DNA of 64,000 nucleotides from an uncultured Clostridium sp. (GTDB lineage Bacteria; Bacillota; Clostridia; TANB77; CAG-508): NCBI GenBank assembly GCA_900552135.1, contig URYN01000008.1, positions 21,326 to 85,325 of the forward strand, read 5' to 3'. Shown piece by piece: positions 58,448 to 64,000 of this stretch (position 1 is its first letter; each line of letters starts with the position of its first letter). The notes under the pieces were generated by a model. It saw only the letters and a program-made list of their open reading frames with translations, ran no database searches and was not told where the DNA came from. The position numbers and the translations under genes were made by a program.

Positions 58448-59014
58448 TTGAAAAAACTAGGGAAAATTATTTGCATAGCGTTGGTTTGCTTAATAATTCT
58501 CGTAGCAATTATTAAAATTTTTAATATAGATAAAGAAATATTAAAAAACATATATCCTAAAAAATATGAGGAATATGTAGAAAAATATTCAAAAGAATAT
58601 AATGTAGATCCGTTAGTTGTGTTTTCAGTAATAAAGGCAGAAAGCAATTTCAAGAAAGATGCGAAATCTTCTAGTGGGGCAAAAGGATTAATGCAACTAA
58701 TGGACGCCACAGCAGAGGAAATGGCAAATAAAATTGATACCTCTGTAGCAGAAGAGGAAAGCTTATTTGAACCTGAAAAAAATATAATGATAGGGGTTAG
58801 ATATTATTCTGAACTCCTAGATATGTACGAGGGAAACATGCTTCTTGCATTAACTGCATATAATGCTGGAATAGGAAACGTAAATTCTTGGATAACACAA
58901 GGAATTATAAAAAAAGACGGAAGTGACATAGAAAATATTCCATATAAAGAAACAAATATGTACGTAAGAAAAATAATAAATAATTATAAGATGTACCAAA
59001 AAATTTATAATTAG
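58448..59014 (+). CDS. Lytic transglycosylase (SLT domain) with N-terminal membrane anchor
   Basis: AESNFKKDAKSSSGAKGLMQLM ... AYNAG SLT signature; TTG start after AGGAGA. Confidence 0.7.
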   Translation: MKKLGKIICIALVCLIILVAIIKIFNIDKEILKNIYPKKYEEYVEKYSKEYNVDPLVVFSVIKAESNFKKDAKSSSGAKGLMQLMDATAEEMANKIDTSVAEEESLFEPEKNIMIGVRYYSELLDMYEGNMLLALTAYNAGIGNVNSWITQGIIKKDGSDIENIPYKETNMYVRKIINNYKMYQKIYN

Positions 59015-59155
59015 AATGAAAGGGAACATATTAGATGAAAACTAAAAAAGTTAGTATAAGTGTATTTCAGATTTTTATAACATTTATAATAATAATCGCA
59101 ATAATAGTACGGAATTGTTATCGTAAAGAATGCTGTAAAACATAAAGAATTTGTT

Positions 59156-60727
59156 GTGAAAGATGAAGCATTTGCAGGAACTGGAACGGCAGAAGATCCA
59201 TACAAAATTGAGTATGTGGAAGATTTAATTGTGCTTGCTAAAAGTGTGAACAGCGGAAATGGTTACAAAGACAATTATTTTATATTAGTAAGTAAATTAG
59301 ATTTTGCTGATAGTGCTTCATATAAAGACGCTACAACGAAAATGTATGGTGATATTAATAAAGATGGAAAAGTTGATGAACTATTAACTGAATTGACTAC
59401 AGGGCAAGGCTTTGAAACCATTGGAAGCAAAAAAGACAAAAGTGGAAGCGATTGCACTTTTTTAGGAACATTTATAGGTGATGATAAAACAATAAAAAAC
59501 TATAATGTTACCTTGAACTCTTTATCTGAAAGTGAGCTTTCACAGCAGGACAAGCTTATTGGCCTGTTTGGAAGAAATGGTGGAACAATTTCAAATCTTA
59601 AAGTTGTAGGAAACATTAATATAAATTCGGTTCTTGAAGGAGAACATAGCTCTACTGTAAAAGTCGGAATGATATGTGCCGAAAACAGTGGAACAATAGA
59701 TTCCTGCAAGACCGAGGGAGAAATAAATGTTACTTTGCAGAATATTGTTACCAAAACCGCGGGAGTTGTAGGAGTAAATACTGGAAAAATAATAAATTCC
59801 TCAAACAGTGCTAACATTACATCAAACCAAGAAAAGGCAGGAATAACTGCAGAAAGCACTTCAAAAGGTGAAACAACAGGAACCCCTACTGAAAATATTT
59901 CTAATGATCAAAATTCGAGAAAATCTATTGGAAGTACTTCAAATGGAGAAGGGAGAGAAACATCTGCTGGAAACACTTTAGAGTCTGACTATACAGAAAT
60001 AACAAACTGCACAAACACAGGAAAAATAATAGAAACAACAGGTTCTGATTTTTATACAGCAGGAATAGTTGCAAACAACAAAGAAACAACAATTACCAGC
60101 TGTACAAATAACGGCAGAGTCGAAGGAAAAATGGCAGGTGGAATAGCAGGAATATCAACAGGAAGAATCGTTGCTTGCCAAAACACAGCAATAGTTTCAA
60201 ACTTAAACGAAAAATCAGATAATACAGAAGTTGCTGGTGGAATTGCTGGAATACTAGAAAATAATACAATGGAAAATTGTAAAAATACTGGTGACATTTC
60301 AGGTCTAACAAATGTAGGTGGACTCGTTGGAAAAAATAAGGGAGACATCACAGTAGCAAGAAATGATGGAATAATATCAAAAAATTCAGAATCAGTAGCT
60401 GGAAGAGCATACATAGGCGGAATAGCTGGTAGCAATCTTACTAAAGCATCGATTACGAACTCTAAAAATTATGGAAATATTAGCTCAGAAGCAGATAACT
60501 TAGTCGCACTTGGTGGAATTTGTGGAATAATGTACACAGGTTCAGCAATTGAAACTTCAGAAAACCATGGAAATCTTTCTGGAATAGCAAAAATAATAAC
60601 TCCTAATGAAGATTTAAACAATAATTGTAAAGACTGCTCAAACTTTGGAGGCGGAGCAGCACAAAATTCTGAAACAGGGGAGTTGCATCTTGGACTAATT
60701 TATGGTAAATTTGAAGAGGTACAATAA
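59156..60727 (+). CDS. GLUG-motif repeat protein; N-terminal signal-anchor appears split into separate frame (59037-59147)
   Basis: Repeated GGIAG(I/S)N.G.I.NC.N.G motifs; GTG start without RBS; upstream 36-aa TM ORF MKTKKVSISVFQIFITFIIIIAIIV with RBS in different frame. Confidence 0.5.
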   Translation: MKDEAFAGTGTAEDPYKIEYVEDLIVLAKSVNSGNGYKDNYFILVSKLDFADSASYKDATTKMYGDINKDGKVDELLTELTTGQGFETIGSKKDKSGSDCTFLGTFIGDDKTIKNYNVTLNSLSESELSQQDKLIGLFGRNGGTISNLKVVGNININSVLEGEHSSTVKVGMICAENSGTIDSCKTEGEINVTLQNIVTKTAGVVGVNTGKIINSSNSANITSNQEKAGITAESTSKGETTGTPTENISNDQNSRKSIGSTSNGEGRETSAGNTLESDYTEITNCTNTGKIIETTGSDFYTAGIVANNKETTITSCTNNGRVEGKMAGGIAGISTGRIVACQNTAIVSNLNEKSDNTEVAGGIAGILENNTMENCKNTGDISGLTNVGGLVGKNKGDITVARNDGIISKNSESVAGRAYIGGIAGSNLTKASITNSKNYGNISSEADNLVALGGICGIMYTGSAIETSENHGNLSGIAKIITPNEDLNNNCKDCSNFGGGAAQNSETGELHLGLIYGKFEEVQ

Positions 60728-60799
60728 GAAACATACATTGGTTTATAGATAAATCCATCAAAATAAAAAATCTAAATTTATTAATAAGGAATGATGTTT

Positions 60800-61804
60800 A
60801 TGTCTATTTTAGTAACAGGAGGAGCCGGATTTATCGGTAGCCATACAGCAGTAGAACTATTAAATGCAGGAAAGGAAATTGTTATAATAGATGATTTTTC
60901 TAATAGCAAACCAAAATCACTAGAAGCAATAAAGAAAATAACAGGAAAAGATTTTAAATTCTATGAAATGGATTATAGAGATAGAGAAAAATTAGAAAAA
61001 GTATTTGAGGAAAACAAAATCGATGCAGTATTAAATTTTGCAGGATTCAAAGCAGTTGGAGAATCAGTTAAAAAGCCACTAGAATATTATGATAACAACA
61101 TATCTGGCTGTTTAGTATTGCTAGAAACAATGAGAAAATATGGAGTAAAAAAATTCGTATTTAGCTCATCAGCAACAGTATATGGAACTCCAGAAAGAAT
61201 CCCTCTAACAGAAGATTGCAAAACAGGAGGAACCACAAATCCTTATGGTACTACAAAACTATTTATAGAGCAAATTCTAAAAGACCTATATGCTTCAGAT
61301 AATTCATGGGATATCTGTATATTAAGATACTTCAACCCAGTAGGAGCACATGAGAGCGGCCTAATTGGAGAAGAACCACAAGGAATACCAAACAACCTAA
61401 TGCCTTATGTTGTAAGAGTTGCATCAGGAGAACTAAAAGAACTATCTGTTTTCGGAAACGATTACGACACACCAGATGGAACAGGAGTTAGAGATTATAT
61501 CCATGTTGTAGATCTTGCAAAAGGACACTTGGCTGCATTAAACAAACTTGATAAAGAAGAAACAGGATTATATATCTATAACCTTGGAACAGGAACAGGA
61601 TACAGCGTTTTAGACATGGTAAAATCATTCGAAGAAATAACAGGAAATGAAGTGCCATATAAAATAGCACCAAGAAGAGCAGGAGATATAGCAACATGTT
61701 ATTCAGATCCTAAAAAAGCAAAAGAAGAGCTTGGATGGGAAGCAAAAAAAGGAATAAAAGAAATGTGCGAAGACTCTTGGAACTTTATAAAAAAGAATAA
61801 ATAA
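60800..61804 (+). CDS. galE: UDP-glucose 4-epimerase
   Basis: ILVTGGAGFIGSH, SSSATVYG, YGTTK, full-length GalE similarity. Confidence 0.9.
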   Translation: MSILVTGGAGFIGSHTAVELLNAGKEIVIIDDFSNSKPKSLEAIKKITGKDFKFYEMDYRDREKLEKVFEENKIDAVLNFAGFKAVGESVKKPLEYYDNNISGCLVLLETMRKYGVKKFVFSSSATVYGTPERIPLTEDCKTGGTTNPYGTTKLFIEQILKDLYASDNSWDICILRYFNPVGAHESGLIGEEPQGIPNNLMPYVVRVASGELKELSVFGNDYDTPDGTGVRDYIHVVDLAKGHLAALNKLDKEETGLYIYNLGTGTGYSVLDMVKSFEEITGNEVPYKIAPRRAGDIATCYSDPKKAKEELGWEAKKGIKEMCEDSWNFIKKNK

Positions 61805-61957
61805 GCATAAGATAAAAAAATCAAAATTATTATTTAACTATAAAATAAAACTCGCAGAAACACAAAAAATATAAAATAGAAAAATACACGAAAGAAATAA
61901 AATTGCAATTAATCATATCAGAATAAATGGAAATATTTTGTGAAAAGGGGAACGAAT

Positions 61958-62830
61958 ATGCATAGTCAAATGCTATCATCTAGATTAGGAGCCGAGCTAA
62001 TAAGCTACAAACTAGACGGAATAGAAAAATTGCACCAAGGACAAGACTGCGTAGATGAGAATGGAAGAATATACTGGAAAAGACACTTTCCAGTACTATT
62101 CCCGATAGTAGGAAAATTAAAACAAAATAAAACAATAATAAATGGAAGAACTTACGAAATGACCCAACATGGATTTGCAAGAGACATGGACTTTGAGCCA
62201 ATATCTAAACTTGACAATTTCCACTCTTATGTACTTAGAAGTAATGCAAGTACTTTGGTAAAATATCCTTATGACTTTGCTTTATATGTAACATACAGAA
62301 CCGATGGAAACAAACTAACAACAATGTATAAAGTTGTTAATGAAGGCGATAACAACATGCCATTTGGAATAGGAGGGCACCCTGCATTCAAAATAGACAG
62401 AGATGCACTTCTAAATGACGAATATTACTTAGAATTTGAACAAGATGAAGAAAAAATACATTTCCTATATCTTGTAGATGGGCTTGTTGGAACAGAATAT
62501 GCAAAAAACGTAATGCAAGATACAAGAAGGCTTCCAATAAATGCACATTCATTCGATAATGATGCGCTAATAATGAAAGGAATAACTTCAAACAAGATAA
62601 GCTTAAAATGTAAAACAGGAAACAAAACATTACTTACTATGGATTTTGAAGGCTTCCCATACTTAGCAGTGTGGTCAAAACCAGGGGCTCCATTTATCTG
62701 CTTAGAGCCATGGTACACAACAGCAGACACAGTAAAATCATCGGGAGTATTTACTCAAAAAACAGACTTAATAACATTAGCACCAAAGAAAGAATTTGAA
62801 TGCAAATACACAGTAGAATTTTTTAACTAA
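61958..62830 (+). CDS. Aldose 1-epimerase family protein (mutarotase-like)
   Basis: GGHPAF, CLEPW motifs; ATG 61958 after AAAGGGGAA. Confidence 0.7.
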   Translation: MHSQMLSSRLGAELISYKLDGIEKLHQGQDCVDENGRIYWKRHFPVLFPIVGKLKQNKTIINGRTYEMTQHGFARDMDFEPISKLDNFHSYVLRSNASTLVKYPYDFALYVTYRTDGNKLTTMYKVVNEGDNNMPFGIGGHPAFKIDRDALLNDEYYLEFEQDEEKIHFLYLVDGLVGTEYAKNVMQDTRRLPINAHSFDNDALIMKGITSNKISLKCKTGNKTLLTMDFEGFPYLAVWSKPGAPFICLEPWYTTADTVKSSGVFTQKTDLITLAPKKEFECKYTVEFFN

Positions 62831-62836
62831 TGTGCG

Positions 62837-62899
62837 GTACAATTTGGGGACGGAGGAAAAATTGTACTAACCTAATTTGAGGACGGGAAAAGATTGTAC
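62837..62899 (+). repeat. GTACAATTT-GGGGACGGAGGAA-AAATTGTAC hairpin plus direct repeat TTTGAGGACGGGAAAAGATTGTAC (same family as 7051-7164)
   Basis: Read directly, immediately after stop codon. Confidence 0.65.
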
Positions 62900-62960
62900 C
62901 AATCCATAAAGAAAATAAAGAGAAAAATGAATGCAGAACAAACTTTAGACGGAGGAAAAA

Positions 62961-63161
62961 ATGGCTAAATTAATCCTTATAATGATTGAGTTAATAGTGC
63001 TTGGAATTTCAGTAGTCATGATTTATGATGCTCGAAAAATTGCAACAAAAGCATTTAGCACTAACGAAACAAATGAGACTACTAAAATATTAAAAATAGT
63101 AGGCTTTATCATATTAATAATAAGCCTACTAATGATATACATTACAAAAATAAAAATGTAA
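62961..63161 (+). CDS. Small two-TM membrane protein
   Basis: RBS GGAGG; 66 aa, two hydrophobic helices. Confidence 0.4.
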   Translation: MAKLILIMIELIVLGISVVMIYDARKIATKAFSTNETNETTKILKIVGFIILIISLLMIYITKIKM

Positions 63162-63162
63162 T

Positions 63163-63723
63163 TTACGAACGAACTGCATCGTCAGATCTTGAAGGTCTAT
63201 TTTCAGAGCGTTTCTCTATAAGTTGCATTCCGTAATCGATAAAACCAGTACCAATACTTCTTGCATATTCAGACAAGGTTGAAATAATTTCAGCCGTAAA
63301 ATCAGAATCTTCATAATTCCTTGAAAAACTTGACTCCATGGCTTCATTCATACTTAAGCCATCGCGAGTCATTTTTTTTCTTGCATCAGATAAAAGAATG
63401 TAGGTAAATTGAGCCTCAATAAATTCTTTATATCCATTAAAACCAAAACTTTCAAGAACTTTATCAGAGTAAGCATGTACAACTTCCATGCTTGATTGAC
63501 GCATTAAAAATTCCATGCTATTTTTAATGGGCTTCTTGAAATATTCATTGTACAATTTTTCAAACTTAGCACAATGAAGAAGATTATCTAGTGCATTTGA
63601 ATATTTTAGATTTTCAAATAATTCATTTGCTAATTGTGAATCCAATTTAGCAGTTTCTTCAGTATAAGTTTCATCATCAAATTCAAAATCCATTATTATA
63701 TTATTCATAATGATTGAACACAT
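63163..63723 (-). CDS. Hypothetical acidic protein (start uncertain)
   Basis: Only substantial minus-strand ORF in 3' part; convergent with small membrane gene. Confidence 0.4.
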   Translation of the reverse strand: MCSIIMNNIIMDFEFDDETYTEETAKLDSQLANELFENLKYSNALDNLLHCAKFEKLYNEYFKKPIKNSMEFLMRQSSMEVVHAYSDKVLESFGFNGYKEFIEAQFTYILLSDARKKMTRDGLSMNEAMESSFSRNYEDSDFTAEIISTLSEYARSIGTGFIDYGMQLIEKRSENRPSRSDDAVRS

Positions 63724-63939
63724 ATTATTAGTGCAACCATTATTCTCCTTTCGCTTAAAAACAACTACATTTTATCAAAAAATGGAGCAAAAGTCAAATT
63801 ATGTTAAGTATGGAGAAAAGGAACCACAAAAAGTCAAAATAAATAAAAAAACAGTTGAAAATAAAAAATGGGTATGCTAAGATAGTGTTGTAAACAAAAG
63901 TATTTGAAACGCAAAAGAAGAGAAAAGGAGTAAAGTAAA

Positions 63940-64000
63940 ATGAATAAACCAGCAAACCGTTGTGGCTGTACACACACACACACACACGCACCGTATATTC
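63940..64000 (+). CDS. 5' end of a CDS (MNKPANRCGCTHTHTHAPY...), continues beyond window
   Basis: RBS AAAGGAG 8 nt upstream of ATG. Confidence 0.4.
   Translation, partial: MNKPANRCGCTHTHTHAPYI
63970..63985 (+). repeat. (AC)8 dinucleotide microsatellite inside the first 15 codons of the CDS
   Basis: Read directly; encodes THTHTH. Confidence 0.9.

Overview
This 64 kb window is very AT-rich (roughly 27-28% GC) and almost entirely +-strand coded, which fits a Clostridium-like spore-forming Firmicute; spore photoproduct lyase and a Spo0A C-terminal-domain protein support this. Two kinds of content are present. The first is recognisable core genes: ogt (5' partial), tag, rsuA, splB, metK behind a SAM-I riboswitch, malQ, coaD-like, rpiA, ruvB, queH, polA, galE and an aldose epimerase. 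The second is accessory material:
(a) a ~22 kb cell-wall glycopolymer locus (23.5-45.6 kb) with 11 glycosyltransferases, TagO, a TagGH ABC exporter, an O-antigen-ligase-like protein, two Und-P-sugar/GT-C decoration modules and an embedded secreted ricin-lectin/GH73/SH3b hydrolase;
(b) a small accessory patch (19.5-21.3 kb) with a DUF3990/DUF3791 predicted ADP-ribosyltransferase-like pair and a truncated DUF4186 remnant;
(c) a compositionally foreign island (49.9-55.6 kb) holding a YhcG-like PDDEXK nuclease, a GC-rich orphan ORF, a decayed LRR surface-protein pseudogene, a dGTPase-like HD protein and a 540-aa HExxH protein.
The most unusual sequence-level signal is several families of short repeated hairpin elements. 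These are a 31-nt GC-rich palindromic element (4 copies, one wedged between the metK riboswitch terminator and the metK RBS), a GTACAATTT/AAATTGTAC hairpin family, a CAGATAATTGATTG terminator-like family (4 copies), and a terminator-plus-TATAAT module (2 copies). No rRNA, tRNA or CRISPR array was seen. Everything rests on reading the sequence and on protein-family memory; nothing was searched or computed beyond the supplied ORF track.
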